A stretch of 64,000 nucleotides of DNA from Microthyrium microscopicum (lineage: Eukaryota): NCBI GenBank assembly GCA_010405405.1, contig MU004238.1, positions 321,530-385,529 on the forward strand, in the 5' to 3' direction. Of the stretch, positions 22,779-36,036 are shown piece after piece. How positions within the stretch are numbered: the first letter of the stretch is position 1; every line of letters begins with the position of its first letter. The notes below the pieces were generated by a model. The model saw nothing but the letters and a program-made list of their open reading frames with translations. It was not told where the DNA came from and ran no database searches. The translations under genes were made by a program, and so were the position numbers.

Positions 22779-24168
22779 ATGAAGTTTGCCGCTGGCCTTT
22801 TGGCGCTTGGTTTCACACAATTTGTGCTGAGCTCTCCCATAGCACCTCCCAAGCGTCAAACCTATAGTCAGCCTGCTACAACTCCATTCTCATGGGGCGA
22901 CTCGAAACTACGCGCAGTCAATATTGGAGGATGGCTAGTTCTCGAACCGTAAGAAAGGATTCATTCCATCACTGTCTTATTATTAACTTCTTGTTAGGTG
23001 GATTACTCCTTCAATCTTCGAATCTGTGGACCAATCACTTGGTATCGTGGACGAATACACACTAACCCAAAAGCTGGGCAGTTCAGGCTGCGATATTCTC
23101 AAAAAGCATTGGGATAACTGGGTCTCTCAAAATGACTTCCAAAAGATTGCATCTGCTGGTATCAACGTCGTCCGCATTCCAATCGGCTACTGGGCTTACG
23201 ATAACAGTGGCTCACCCTATTGTAAAGGCGCTGCTTCTTACATCGACTCTGCCATTAAGTGGGCGCGCAATGTGAATCCACCTCTCAAGGTCATCATCGA
23301 TCTCCATGGTGCACCAGGCAGTCAAAATGGCTTTGACAACTCCGGCCAGCGGATGGATCCCACGAAGATCACTTTCCTCCAGGGTGGAATGAGAGGCTAC
23401 ACAGCTCAAAAGACTATCAAAGTCATTCAAATGCTAGCAGTCAAGTACGCCGCACCAGCCTACAAGGATGTGGTCGAAGGCATTGAATTACTCAACGAGC
23501 CCATCGGCTGGCAATTGAATAACAATGACCTTCGAGCGTTCTTCCGCGAAGGATTCAATCGAGTTCGTAAGACTGGCAATACCACTGTAGTTATCCAGGA
23601 TTCGTTCCTTGCGCCATCGAGCTTCAACGGCTTCCTTACGCCCACTGACCACGATGCCCAGAATGTTGCCATGGACCATCACTACTACCAAGTCTTTGAC
23701 AACGGACAGATTGCCATGAACCATGACCAGCATGTCACACAAGTTTGCAATTCGATTGGTTCATACACAGGGGCTGACAAGTGGACATTTGTTGGTGAAT
23801 GGACTGGAGCTATGACGGACTGTACACAATACTTGAATGGTAAGACTCTCCACGTATACAATGAGAACCACAATCTAACCTTTTTAGGCTACGGGACAGG
23901 ATCTAGATACGATGGAACCTTTCCAGGCAGTCCCAGAGTGGGCAGCTGCGACGGTATCAATGATTTGTCCAAATGGAACCAAGAATTGAAAGATGCCACC
24001 ACTAAATACCTGGAAGCCCAGATGGATGCGTTTGAAAAGAACAGTCAGGGTTGGGCGTTCTGGAATTTCAAAACTGAGCGATCTCCGGAATGGGACTTTT
24101 TCCAGCTCCTTGATGGCGGAATCTTCCCAAATCCTGTCAACTCGAGACGGTTCGGACCAACATGCTGA
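22779..24168 (+). CDS. Secreted GH5 glucan 1,3-beta-glucosidase (Exg1-like); exons 22779-22948, 22998-23839, 23888-24168
   Basis: Signal peptide and KR propeptide site, VNIGGWLVLEP|WITPS, VRIPIGYW, DLHGAPGSQNGFDNSG, catalytic NEP and VGEW. Confidence 0.95.
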
Positions 24169-24869
24169 GTCGAGAGACCTCCATGAACATCGGGCGCTTT
24201 TGGCAGAAGATTTTCAAGTGGTAGTTTGTTTGATATACCCTGTGCCTGTTTGAAGTAGTGTTCTTGTTACACTATCTAGGCCCTATATTTTCATGATCGA
24301 CTTATGTAGATCGCGAGGAATTATTTAAATGACAGCCGATAATGACAAAATAGCCAAAAGAGACCATTACCATACCACGTGCCGTTTGATGTTTTAGCGG
24401 GAGTAGTCCATATAAAAGTGAGAGTGATAGTGTCGTTGTATGACGAACTCCAATGAATCGATAGCATGGAAGGCGCAATCTCATCAGCCTCGAATGTTCC
24501 CAGACACTATGCTAAATTATCGAGTGTTTTATCAACCATAAAGGGCGTTCAGACTTAAACCACTCACCAAGCACGATGGAAATTACAGTATCTTTTGTTC
24601 AAAAGCGTCGATAGCAGTCATCAGGACTAATGGGAGTATTCCATTGAATTTGCCATACCTTTGATAGTCTTAGTTTGATGCCTTGCCAACCAAACAAGGA
24701 CACCGCTCTGAATCCAGCCAGCCAGCTATCTTGTACCTCGGCACACCTTGGTACGATTCTACGCCGGGATGGAAAGACAATCTCTGCACTGAATACTACC
24801 AAGAAGACAAACATATATACCATAAAGAGCGTACTATGTGGACCCAGCACCACATTGATATCCCGCAAA

Positions 24870-25514
24870 ATGAATCATCAAAAACTTCTGATTGCCGAAT
24901 ACGATCCAGAATGGCCAACCTACTTCAACACAATCAAATCTCAACTCCTCACTGCTTTAGCTAACAACAGAAACGATTTCATATCAATCGAACACGTCGG
25001 CAGCACAGCTGTACCAGGCCTATGTGCAAAGCCTACCATCGACATCGACATAGTCGCCTGCTCGAAGCAACAAATCATGCCTATCGTCAACGCCATCACC
25101 ACTTCACTCCCATACGTGTACTTGGGCGAGTTTGGCATCACTGACAGACACGCGCTGAAGTTCACGCCTACCACACGAGAATCTGGTAGTATCGATGCAG
25201 TAGACCGACATCTGTACATATGCGCAGAGGGTTCAGTGCCGCTGCGCAATCACCTAGGACTTCGACAGGTCTTGCGCGAGAACGAGGAAATTAGACTTGA
25301 ATATGCATGCGTGAAGAGGGAGTTGGCAGAGACGTGTGAGGACACGATGATATACTCTGCGCGGAAGACGGGAATCATTCAGAAGATTTTGACCCTGGCG
25401 GGGACGTTGACGGATGAGGAGAGGAAGCAGATTGAGCTGGATAACAAGGTGATGGAGGAGAAGGTGCGGGAGGCTTGGAAAGTGCGAGATGTTGAGATTT
25501 CAGGATCCTCTTGA
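24870..25514 (+). CDS. GrpB/UPF0157-family protein (nucleotidyltransferase fold), 214 aa
   Basis: YDPEWP..F, IEHVGSTAVPGLCAKPTIDIDI, RHLY, 'YACVKRELA...YSARK'. Start taken at CAAAATG 24870. Confidence 0.85.
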   Translation: MNHQKLLIAEYDPEWPTYFNTIKSQLLTALANNRNDFISIEHVGSTAVPGLCAKPTIDIDIVACSKQQIMPIVNAITTSLPYVYLGEFGITDRHALKFTPTTRESGSIDAVDRHLYICAEGSVPLRNHLGLRQVLRENEEIRLEYACVKRELAETCEDTMIYSARKTGIIQKILTLAGTLTDEERKQIELDNKVMEEKVREAWKVRDVEISGSS

Positions 25515-25845
25515 GAAGTGGTGGTGGCAGTTCGAATTGATTGGCTTGATGTTAGAATCCGTGGAGTCTGTTGACAATATACAGGGTTCAAGACACTTCT
25601 GGTCGTGTAGGTAGGGTATTTGCTTTCTTCAGCAGATTAGCACACTGAAAGCGATGAGTATCAAGAAGTGGTCGAATTGAGAATATTTTGGAGGTATCAA
25701 CATAAAACGCAGCACGGTCTAGGAGATCAGATCCGCAACCCATAAGAGTAATCCACAACAAAACAAAAAGCGCATGGAAATCCCTCCGATCAGATCTCCA
25801 GCCCAGAACAAACCAGAACGCCTCCTTCAAGATCGTTCTGTCAAT

Positions 25846-26588
25846 TTACTGAGTAGCGTGGTACATTGCCTGTGGTTGCTGAGGATGTTGCTGGAATTGC
25901 TGTTGTTGACCATAAACCATGCCGCCATCCATCTTCAGAGGCTGAACATTGATAGCTTGAGCACCATTACCCATCAGCCGTTGTTTTTCTTGGTGTTCCG
26001 CTTCCTTGTCTTGCTGAGCAAGATCGCAAGGTGTGCAACAGCACGCGCAAAGACAATCAGTGCAACCTATATAACACAATTAGCCTCTATTACATGAGAT
26101 CGTGTAGTTTGTCATACCGTCTCCCTTGAGATTGTACTTGCGGCGAATTTCACCACGGGACATCATTTGAAGGATCCATTGACAACCAAAATGAGCAAGG
26201 CAGGCCCAAGCACAGCACTATGGAGTAGAACTGTTAGCATCGAAATCTGTTATAGTGGTGATGTTAAACTTACGTTCATGTTACAGCTGCTGTATCCATT
26301 GAGCATTCCATCCTTGTTGACACGATGTTGCTATCATAAAGTTCAGCCTGATGAATGTTACACGATTAGAAAAGGGAACATACGACGCGACCATGGACAA
26401 AGCATGGGCAGCCTATGAATTGCTATTAGATATTTCAACGCGTCAAAGTCAATCATTTATGCGTACACCAAGCCAGAGCGCCTAGATATATGGTTAATTA
26501 CAATGAGCCTAACAGTTTCAAGATAGATCTTACATGTTGAAAATGGCGAACAGCAGTCCGATCCCGAATTATGCCACTCGTTGGACAT
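25846..26588 (-). CDS. PLAC8-family cysteine-rich protein (several short exons, boundaries approximate)
   Basis: Begins MSNEWHNSGSDCCSPFST. Later exons give 'RGEIRRKYNLKGDG' and 'CTDCLCACCCTPCDLAQQDKE' with a Q-rich tail. Confidence 0.85.
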
Positions 26589-27970
26589 TTTGAATCACGG
26601 ATTGATATAAGAGACAGGTGATGAAATAAAACTTTTTCAAAGAGTGTCTTGAAGTCCACGAATACAGAAGAAATGAAGCAAAACCCAACAACAGATCAAC
26701 GCGGGGAATACACTGACCAAATAGCAAAACGCCCAGTCAACAAAAAATCTGGGGGCCAAGCATGAGGCTCAATTATTGGACCTGCAACGCCTGGCCAGAA
26801 GCAGCTGAATGTGCATCAGAAAAGGAGTTGAAAAAGCTCCGCCTTGCATGGCTGTTGTAAGCCGGGAGGAACAGCCTTGTGGCTGCATAATGACCACCTG
26901 TTGTATGGGGCCGGCGCTACTAGTGTTCTGCCTCTAACTTTTAGTAGTAAGTGTAATTTTAGGATTGGTTGTTCAAGGAAAGTGCCGTTTTTTCAGCTTT
27001 CGCCTATAATTGAATATTGAAGACGGGTAACACCTCATTGCCGTTGCTTATAATCTGATAGTCTGACAATTGTAACCGCGTACCTTGTGGCGATATGACT
27101 TCAAGTTGTCATAATAGATACTAGTACCTAAGTAGTTGAGAGTTTGTACTCTCACTAAAGGTTTTGCGCTTACTACTACCGTGTCGTATTCGGCAGAAAG
27201 ATACTGGATATGACCGGTACTCTTAAAATCAAATAAAGTTTAGCCATGGTACGGTATGATGCACTTTAGATAGCGCGCTAGTAAACGTTATTGAAGATGA
27301 TCGTTGATCTTCATGCATAACATTGCACATCTTCATATCACAAAAGTCTATCATAAGGACCTGTAGATATTTACGATCAAGAAGCAAGGGAAATTCCCAC
27401 GCTCTTGTGTCGCAAAGTGCGTAAGATAACGTATCATACACCGAGTCACCGGTGCGACATACTGTATTATGAGCAATCACAATCAGCACAGTCGCATGCT
27501 TATCGAAATCAAATCAAGCCTTCAAGAATAGGCGATTTATTTGGTATACAGTTCTAAATTTAGAAATTTCAAAGTTTCAGCCCCAGTCCATCACAAACTC
27601 GGCTGAGCATGGACGCCACAGAATTCAGACCATGACATTTGCATCATTTCAGCTGTCTGCTCGGCGAATTTTGAAGATAGACTCCCTGAAACCCAAAGGT
27701 AAAGGGTCATGTTGTGCGACTACTTGAATGTAATCAAGTTCAAGAATCTTGAATACCATTGGAGTTGAAATAGTTCGTGCATGTTGTGTCCGGGACTCTT
27801 GGACTGCATTTTGAATTTTGAGTGTTACTTAGCATATGATGTGCTTTCTACAAGATTGAATATACATGAAAACTTGTACTGGAGAAATTTTGTGTCATCT
27901 TCGACTTTCCTCTCATTACGGGTGGATGGAGATGAAGGAGCTGCACCCATCATATCAACAACTTAGATAT

Positions 27971-28784
27971 TTAGGATGCCAGCTTCTTTCGTTCTTCGTG
28001 AGACTCCTCCAGCTTTCGTTTACCAGAATTGGTGTCGTCTTCCGTGCTTGTCCACTCCATTACCTCCCACTCAACAGACTCTGATCCATCCGCGGACGCG
28101 TAGCCTCCCTTTTGTCTCTTGATGCGTCCTAGCTTGGTATCTTCAACCGCTTCTTCGAACCAGGGTGCGCCGCGATGGGCAGAGAGCTGTGGCGAGTCAA
28201 AGACGCTGTTTTTGCGAGCTGATGTGTCTTCCTCCTTAGCTTCCTCCTCCTCGGAATTATCTAGGTCTAGGATGCCTAGCGCCTCGAGTTGGTCCAGGTC
28301 ATCATCGAGGAGGGAGCCGAGTGTGAGCCAGACAAAGTCATTGGCTTCTGGGGAGCTATCATCCCATTGACTAAGTTGTGTTCCACAGTAGCCGCAGAAT
28401 TGGTTGCTGAGATTCTCTCGACTTGGTGTTGAGAATGTTCGGCGGATGGTTTGATGTGTTTCGTCAGGGTAGAATGCGACGGTGGTGCTTTCGAACCACG
28501 TAAGGGGAATTTTGAGGAAGGCAGTGAGGGGCGATGCCTGTAAGCGACCTATCGGATATGAAGTCAGCAAACATCTCTGCATGCGACATACGAGTACCGC
28601 CGAGACGAAGAAGTGAGAGGCAAATGGTACCGTATGCGCCTTTCGATGTTCAGGTGTGAGGAGCCTTACGAGCATGACTTGAGTTGTCAAAGACTACTTG
28701 TGCCAGTTGCGTGGATTGCTCAGGAACTGTGATGATGTATTGATTTCGGCCGCAGGCGCATTGCCCGTGTAGAGGAGTAGCCAT
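27971..28784 (-). CDS. Mss4-like/GFA-type zinc-binding protein; exons 28784-28670 and 28548-27971
   Basis: LHGQCACGRNQY at the N-terminus, FCGYCGTQL, and an acidic C-terminal half. The intron joins HA|RRLQASPL in frame. Confidence 0.75.
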
Positions 28785-29455
28785 TTTGTGGTTGTGTCGT
28801 ATCCGATGCTTCCAGTTGACGTCTTCGCGACTGTTCGTGGGGTTGAGAGATTAGATTGCCACAAATGGGCCAGAAATGGGCTTATAAGTAAGCAAGGCGA
28901 ACTTGACAGAGACTCGAGAGGTAGGATAAAGTGATTTTGAAGTGACGATGTTATGAGTGAATTTTGGAGGGGGGATCTGGCGGATGAGAACACTTTGGCA
29001 TGACAGGCATCTTGTAGGCATCGTATCGTCAATGTTCGGCAAGTTCCGCCCACCCCTTTGGGCCCCCTTCCTAATTTGGATACCTAGGTAGTCTATCCAC
29101 CTCTATCAAACTTCCCTACCTCACTCTATCTTACTACTTTCCGTCTTCATCACAGTATTTTCTGCCGCTACAATGAAATACAGTCTAACAATATGCCATG
29201 TTGAACTCTTTTTGCATGAACGGCATCTACATTGCACAACTGAGTAGAAAGTATTCTGACGCCTTAAACGAATCTAGCTCGTATGTTTACAACAACTTTT
29301 TACATCATCATTCTTATGTCTGTATCATCGTTCAACGCATCGATTAAACCTTCATAAAACCAAAGTAGTGCGGATCCAAGATCAGTAAAATTTGCCATCT
29401 ACACATTAGGTATCACAAATCATATCATACATGTCTCATTACCCTGCCCTGCCGC

Positions 29456-32224
29456 CTATTCAACATTGCGTATCACAATCCACAACATATCTTCTCCACG
29501 CAACGTGTGGTCATCGTGCATTTCACCCATTGAGTTGCTTCTCACATGGCCTTGCTCTTGCTCATAATCATGCTCTGGCCCATGATATCCAGCCATGTTG
29601 GGCGCTAAAGGCATGCCTCCAGGACCTCCAGGACCATATGATCCAGGCCACCGGCCTCTACCTGATCCAAAGTGCGGTCCGCTGCCCCTATGCCATGCTC
29701 CTCGTCCTGGACCATGACCACCTCTCCAGCCATGACGGCCTAGAAGAGGTCCACCAGTGAACATAGTGCTAGTTGGCCAAGAAGGTCCTGCGGCCAAGCC
29801 AGGTGGGCCCCTAGCATGACCCAAGGGACTTGTAGGATCCGTGATAGGAGGCCCGCGAGTCTCTGTGCCCATATTCGCATCGCCATTCTCTGCCTCAAAG
29901 CTATCTTCCCGACCTCCTCGCCGACGTCCACGTCCACGTCCGCGGCCCCTACCCCTTACACGTCCTCCGTCACCATCTCGTCTTCCCAACCCAAAGCGCT
30001 GCCTTCTCCTCTCCCTCTTCCTCTCCTACTTCAATATCCTCCGCTCTCTTCTCCGTTCCAACCACTCCCCTCTTCTGGAATAATCTAAGCCCTGTATTTC
30101 CCTCCTCTTCTCCTCCCATTGAGCTTTATACGCATGGAACTCCTTCATCCGTTTGTTCGTAATCTTCTGCACATCCGCATGACTCTTCCGTTCCTTCTTC
30201 GCAGCTTTGAGGTCTTTATACCACGCCTTCTTCCACGCATGCAATTGGCGCTTGAATGCACGTGAATGTCGACGTACTTCGATAGATTTCATCTTTTTCT
30301 CAAAGCGCTCCTCACGTTTACGCCGCTCATTGGTAGCTTTGGCCAGACCTTGGGCGTAGTCGCGCTCGATGTGGGCTGGTTTCTTTTTGCCGTGGAGTTG
30401 CGCTTGGGAGCGCGCGGATTCTAGTTCGGCGATGCGGAGATTGTATGATTGTTGGGGGTCATCGGCCCAGCTTGAGTCGGACGAAGAGGTGCTTGATGAA
30501 GAAACGGAAATGTCGCTGGCGGCGTCGTCTATGTCGTCGAGATTGGCGTCGAGGTCGGGGAAGTCGGGATCATGCTCGGGTTCAGCAAGAGTGGAAGAGG
30601 AGCGCATGCCGCTGATGGGACATGATGATGTGTTTTTGGGTGTGCAAAACGACGACGAGTTGACGGGCTTGCGTTTGATTGCTTTACTGCTGTCGCTGGC
30701 GCTGGCATGGCTATTCATACTGACGAAGGATTCCCTGGAAGCGCCGCCATCGTTGTGTTGCCCACGAATATTGTTGACACTGGTGGAAGATCTGCCAGCA
30801 AATTTTGTGTTGATGTCGTTACCCCATTCTTGCCATGCTTGCCCATACTCTTGACCCCATTGGTTCCAGCGTTTACCATATTCTTCCCCCCATTTCTGCA
30901 TGCGGACGCCAAAATCTTCACCCCAGGTTTGCACTGACTGAGATCTATCCAGTGGATGAGGCCGGTCACTGGGTGGGATTCGTGGAGGTATGATTGGACC
31001 TAGGGATAGTGGTCCAAGACCGAGTGGATTCCAGAACTTGTTGAGTGCACCTCCCGTGGTACTCGTCGATGGGTCTGATGTTGCACGCTCAAGTTCAAAT
31101 GGAACTGCCTGAGCATTAAAGTCTGACTGTGTCCGTATCGGATTTGAGGGAACAGCTGTGCTGGCTGAAGACTGTCCGCCTTTCCTATCACTCTCGGCGA
31201 TGTCAAAGTTTGCAAGACCATTGGCAATATGATCCATCATTTCACTATCGCGGTGCATTGCAGGTATCATTTTGGTTAATGGTTCAATATAGGGATCGAG
31301 ACTTTGGGCCGCATCTCGAGCGACTTCTAGAGACTCATCACCAGCAGTTCCTTGGCCAGCTGATGCAGCATCAAGAACGGCTCGACACATGCTATCCCGA
31401 AAAGAATGGCGATCAGGTATCTTGGCGAGCTCTGCGAGTTCCGGGAGGTTGGTAATCTGCACACGTAGTCCACGTGGTCCGAAGAAGTCTGCATTGCTAA
31501 GTTGTATGAAAGCCCGAACCCATTCCTCCCTAGGAACATCTGCATTTGGTGCCGAAGCATTGAATCGGAAAGGTGTTGACGCATGGAGATGTGAAGCTGT
31601 GAATGCTGATGCAGTGCAAATTGCATTGAGTCCATCGACAAAAGAAGCAAATTGGGCAGCTGTAATGGACGTAGACTGCAAAGCTCTTGCATACAATCTA
31701 GCAAACCTGACCGAGTCGGTAGATGAAAGACTAGATGTGATTGCAGGAATAGCCACCGGTCGAGTCAGATGAGAAACATAATTGTCGGTCTGTGGTGGTG
31801 CTGGTGAGCTTGTAAAAGCTAGAGCTTGGTATAGCAGAGCGGAAGCACGCGGTTGATCTCCCAGTTCAGTTTCAGTGCCATCCCGAGTAGTGAATGCATC
31901 ATTTACGCCATATCCAGCATCTTCGAGATGTTGTGGAGGTGGAAAGCCATGTTGTGGTACAGTTGTACGAAAGACTATGGTATCGTTGGTTCCGGTCCGA
32001 GGTAGAGGGGAGGGGTCCAAATATGCAGCCTGGCTCTCATCGTAAGACGGAGGAGGCAAGTCGCTTGAGCCACTGGAATGTTGAATGGGAGATTGACCTC
32101 TTGGAGTTGTAACACTGCTCAAGGTATCGTCGTAGTCGTTGATAGAGGTGGTGGTAGTCATTGAAATGATAGAATCAGGCCGCTCAATGGAACGACCAGC
32201 AGCTTCCAATGCTTTCGGATCCAT
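29456..32224 (-). CDS. Hypothetical protein: 732 aa to TAG 30028-30026, 922 aa if that TAG is read through
   Basis: Intronless ORF from MDPKALEAAG with PPPSYDE, 'PVAIP..FARLYARAL..I...F..FVDGLN' and a charged coiled coil. The same frame continues through an RG-rich region to 'LWIVIRNVE'. Confidence 0.75.
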
Positions 32225-32869
32225 AGTGTCAGCGGCCGCAATGGCAGGACATAGACGCAAGATAACTAAGAATGAAAATAGAACCGAATATATTAGACGA
32301 AAGGTTACTGAGGTGGAACAGGGGAGAGAGAAGTGTCTGCCTAATGCAGCAGGGCATTGATGCAGCAATCAGCATGCAGTTGATTCGCGCTTCGTCATCT
32401 CGGCCTCCGCGATTGATATACAAGTGGAAGACTCAGCCTCAATCGCGTATTCTGATAACCAGGCTGCCGAATTCTTTCCAACCTCAGTGGTTTTTGAATT
32501 GAAATGAACAAGAAATGTTGCAGCAAAACATTCCGAAAGTATAAGGCCATAGCCCACTAGACGGGACAGTCCACAGACATGTTGATTGATCCATAACACG
32601 AACTGCCACACTTCTCAGGCAGCGATAAAATGACTTGAAGCAAACATACTAAACAGACAGTAATTAAGGTATGAACAAGGTCCTGAATGGAGATGTAGCC
32701 ATTGGTTTATGTGCGCTGCTTCAAGCAAAACATTAAAGCCTCCGACCCTGTCGCTTTCAGCTGCTTAGTCAGCACATCAACCTGCCAACTTCCTCTCTTC
32801 ATCTCTCAAACTCTTCCTCACCTCCTTGATATTCAACAGATTTCTTCTTTACTAATTCCTGCAAGTCGC

Positions 32870-33121
32870 TCATCTTCTCGCCTTCCTGGGAGCACGAGGT
32901 AGTCTGATGTGCTTCCTGTCGTCTTCACCGGTCTTATGCGCTTCATCGCACCTGGCGCATTGCTCTGTTAAATCGACTCTTGTTATTTCGGGAGCGCCAA
33001 TCAGCCATGGGTTGTCAAGGTTGTATTCACAGTTTTGGTTGTCACACCGGATGCCAGCTCGACGAATGATATGGCCTCCCAATTCTTCCTTTTTGCACCG
33101 TGTTTGTTCCCAATAGCACAT
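32870..33121 (-). CDS. Divergent MC-type Cys/His microprotein (83 aa)
   Basis: MCYWEQTRC...GH...C..C...CARC with start context CACAATG; spacing differs from the 18-21 kb copies. Confidence 0.55.
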   Translation of the reverse strand: MCYWEQTRCKKEELGGHIIRRAGIRCDNQNCEYNLDNPWLIGAPEITRVDLTEQCARCDEAHKTGEDDRKHIRLPRAPRKARR

Positions 33122-34143
33122 TGTGGGAGCTGTGCAAAGCGGTGTTTGCTTGGGTTTAGCTTCGGCTTTATTGATCGTTTTTGGGAGGCGTTGTGGTGTC
33201 GGATACTGGAATGATACCTACTAGTAGCCGTCTGGGCTCGGATCTGACAGAATATCGATTCAATGGTTTTAGTAGTAGTAAGACTTCTTGATTGTACTCT
33301 AGAAGATTTCAAGGAGAATTTTTAAGTACAAAGCCGCTGAACAATGTTTGCTGCTAGATCAAGTTTCACTTCACAAAGATACCAACAAAGAAAAGTTTGA
33401 GCAGAACAAGCTTCTTCACTGTTGTGCTCACCCAGTTTCATCGAAGCTGGCCTCGGTCTCATGACAAACAGGCTTCACTTCCCATCAAACGCGTACAATG
33501 TTTGATTTCCACATTGACTGCGCTGACCATCAAAGCACCTTGTGTTTAGCAGCATCGGTGGAAGCCACCGCGTCCGATATGAGCATGTTGTATGTCATCA
33601 TTCATTCCATTGGCAAGCCGCCACCACCAACCAAAAAGACACGATAAAACTCAACATCAAAAGCAGCAAAAAAATTGTTTCTCATCCGAACACCCTTGCC
33701 GGCCCATCCAAGGGCAATTTAGATTTCGGGAGCGGGCCGTGAATTCCACAATTTTTTATCTTCTCAGTAGATTTGAACCTGCGACCCATCAATTGCCCTC
33801 ATTGCCTCCTCTTGTAACGAAAGAGACGAATTAGGTTAGTCGAGACCACATTGAAGGCATCTTAACGACCGCAGGAACAGTTACTCTACTGACAGATATT
33901 AGAAAATTGACATGAATAAAAATATATACTGCAAACAATTCGCTCATCTCTAAAATTCCTAAACTGGTAAAACCAGAAGTATTTGCCCCTCAGTTGATTT
34001 CAAATATCGACTATCGACCTAGGTATGTAAGGACCAAAATTCTACTCGAATCTTCTCAGAAACATAAACGCGAGAACAAGAACCCAGGCCAGAAAGTTAT
34101 CCAACTAAATGCTCGCTATTTCAAAACTACTGCCGTCACTACC

Positions 34144-34644
34144 TCAAGCCTTAGTCGCAGCACCACTCCCATCACTGATATCCGCATTACACTGTACAAT
34201 AATAGACAAAGCACCACCATTAAATATCGATCCTGCTGCTCCAGGATTAAGACAACTCTGCGTAGCCCCAGCCGCGACCAACACAAATGCACTACCAGCA
34301 TTCGCCTGTTGTCTGTTTGCACAACTCTGGCTGAAAATCGTGATATCGCATTCAAACGGACTTGTGTTGGTCAACGTAAAAGAGTTCGTAGGCGCGGCAA
34401 AATCGAAGCATGATCCGTCGCCATTGAGAGGGCCGTTGTTGATGATGGTGCCGGTGGGCACGGTGGGGTTTTTGATATCGCAGAGGCCTGTGAAGCCTTG
34501 GAATTGAATGCCGGCTGCTTGGCGTGGTGCAATGGCAGCGGCGATACTAGTTGATGAGAAGGTCAGGGCGAGGATGGTGTTGAGGATGGTGTTCTGCCGT
34601 CGTTAATCATGAGTAGAGAGGTTATATTGATGGGTACTTACCAT
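34144..34644 (-). CDS. Small secreted protein (150 aa, 6 Cys); first exon is the ATG alone (34644-34642), second exon 34593-34144
   Basis: CAAAATG|GTAAGT...TTAAC..CAG|AAC gives the signal/propeptide MNTILNTILALTFSSTSIAAAIAPR followed by a 6-Cys domain. Confidence 0.8.
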
Positions 34645-35491
34645 TTTGTTTAGTTATTGGGGTTGTTAATAGGGGTTTGTTTATAATGTAGGTATGTTCC
34701 TGATGCTTATATGTTTTTAAGATGGTTGAGAACTGAGAGTGTATTGGGATGGACATTTACAATAGGAGAGCAGACGAACGATTTATATGATATCGTTTCT
34801 CATATTCTATATGCTTCTTTAAGAGGAGTAAATGAGTCCATACAAGATAGCGTATTAGCGTGAGAGAACTCAGCTCTAAGAATTGCGCTGACCCACCAGG
34901 CTGAACAATGGTTTATTCCCACGTATGAGGAAGGAGAGTAAACCAAGACATGGTAAGACCAGCAAAGCCACGGTAAGAATGCTTGGCCAAACGCTTGATT
35001 TAGACCTCTTTGCATCCTATGAACGGTCAATTCATGTTCCACGTTGCATGCGCCTTACATTGGTTGTTTTATTCCTCATTCCTTGACAGAATAATCATGA
35101 CTGAAGCATTTTGCCCTTCTCAGACTTTGAAAAGCCTCACAACTTGGTTTATTATGTTCTCATGGTACATGGAATTATTCCATATGATACTTTTGTCTTT
35201 GGGTTACATTTGATTCAAGCTTCAGACTGTATCCGAGCTATGACGGTTGCTATTTTCCATCTCCAACGAAGACGTTAAAACTCGCGCTCTTCTTCCCCCA
35301 TTGCAACTGCCTGATGTACCATGTTTCGAAATGCGCGATCGAAGATGCAAACCCGATAGGTTGGCTTCGGCGTCAAGTCACTGTCAATCCCTTAATTTTT
35401 TGCCGAAGAAATCAACTGAAGTTTTTTGAATAAGACAAATGGAGCTATTGGAATTCTTGGAATATTCTTTTTGAAGCTGTGAGCCATGCAT

Positions 35492-36036
35492 CTAGAAAAC
35501 GAAGCCCAGTACTTGAGCTGCTGCAAGTAGAAAGATAGCCGAAGTAGCGCTTTGGATCACTCCCATATTCTTCAAAGGGGCGGATGTACCAGCGGGCGTT
35601 GGATTCATAGTTGGCCCGGTGGCTGTACTCAGAATCGAAGAAGTGACTGTGCTTGTTGCGGAGCTGTTGGTTGAAGTAGAATTGAGAGCAGCACATATTT
35701 TTGCTGGTATCGTACCAAATTCTGTATCTCATCAGCAAGGTTCTCGAAAAAGATGTTCGAATGGTCTTAGTCCATACTTTGCAAATCGGCTGAAGAGCAG
35801 GTTGCATTTTTAGTCAGACACGGTGGTATCAATGTGGCCAGCTGATCGCCATGTGCACAATGGCAAGAATAATCGGTCAGTCCGCATCCGACCTGTTGTA
35901 TAGCTGAGTTGTCGCATGGGATAGCACATGATGGGATTTGAGCTGCAATTGCAGCAGCAGACGCATTCTGAGATGCCGTTTGTGCGGAACCCGTCCAGAT
36001 TAAGAGACCGATGGTAATTGTGCTTGTGAAATACAT
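35492..36036 (-). CDS. CFEM-domain, probably GPI-anchored cell-surface protein (162 aa); exons 36036-35778 and 35721-35492
   Basis: Signal peptide, IPSCAIPC..GC..TDYSCHC..C..C..C (8 Cys), S/T-rich stalk and hydrophobic C-terminus. Confidence 0.9.

Noticed and set aside
838..35494. Reassignment of TAG to a sense codon
   Set aside because: CAP (838), the P450 (12329), the 17.8-kb secreted protein and CFEM end at TAG at their expected C-termini, with no meaningful downstream frame where I checked.
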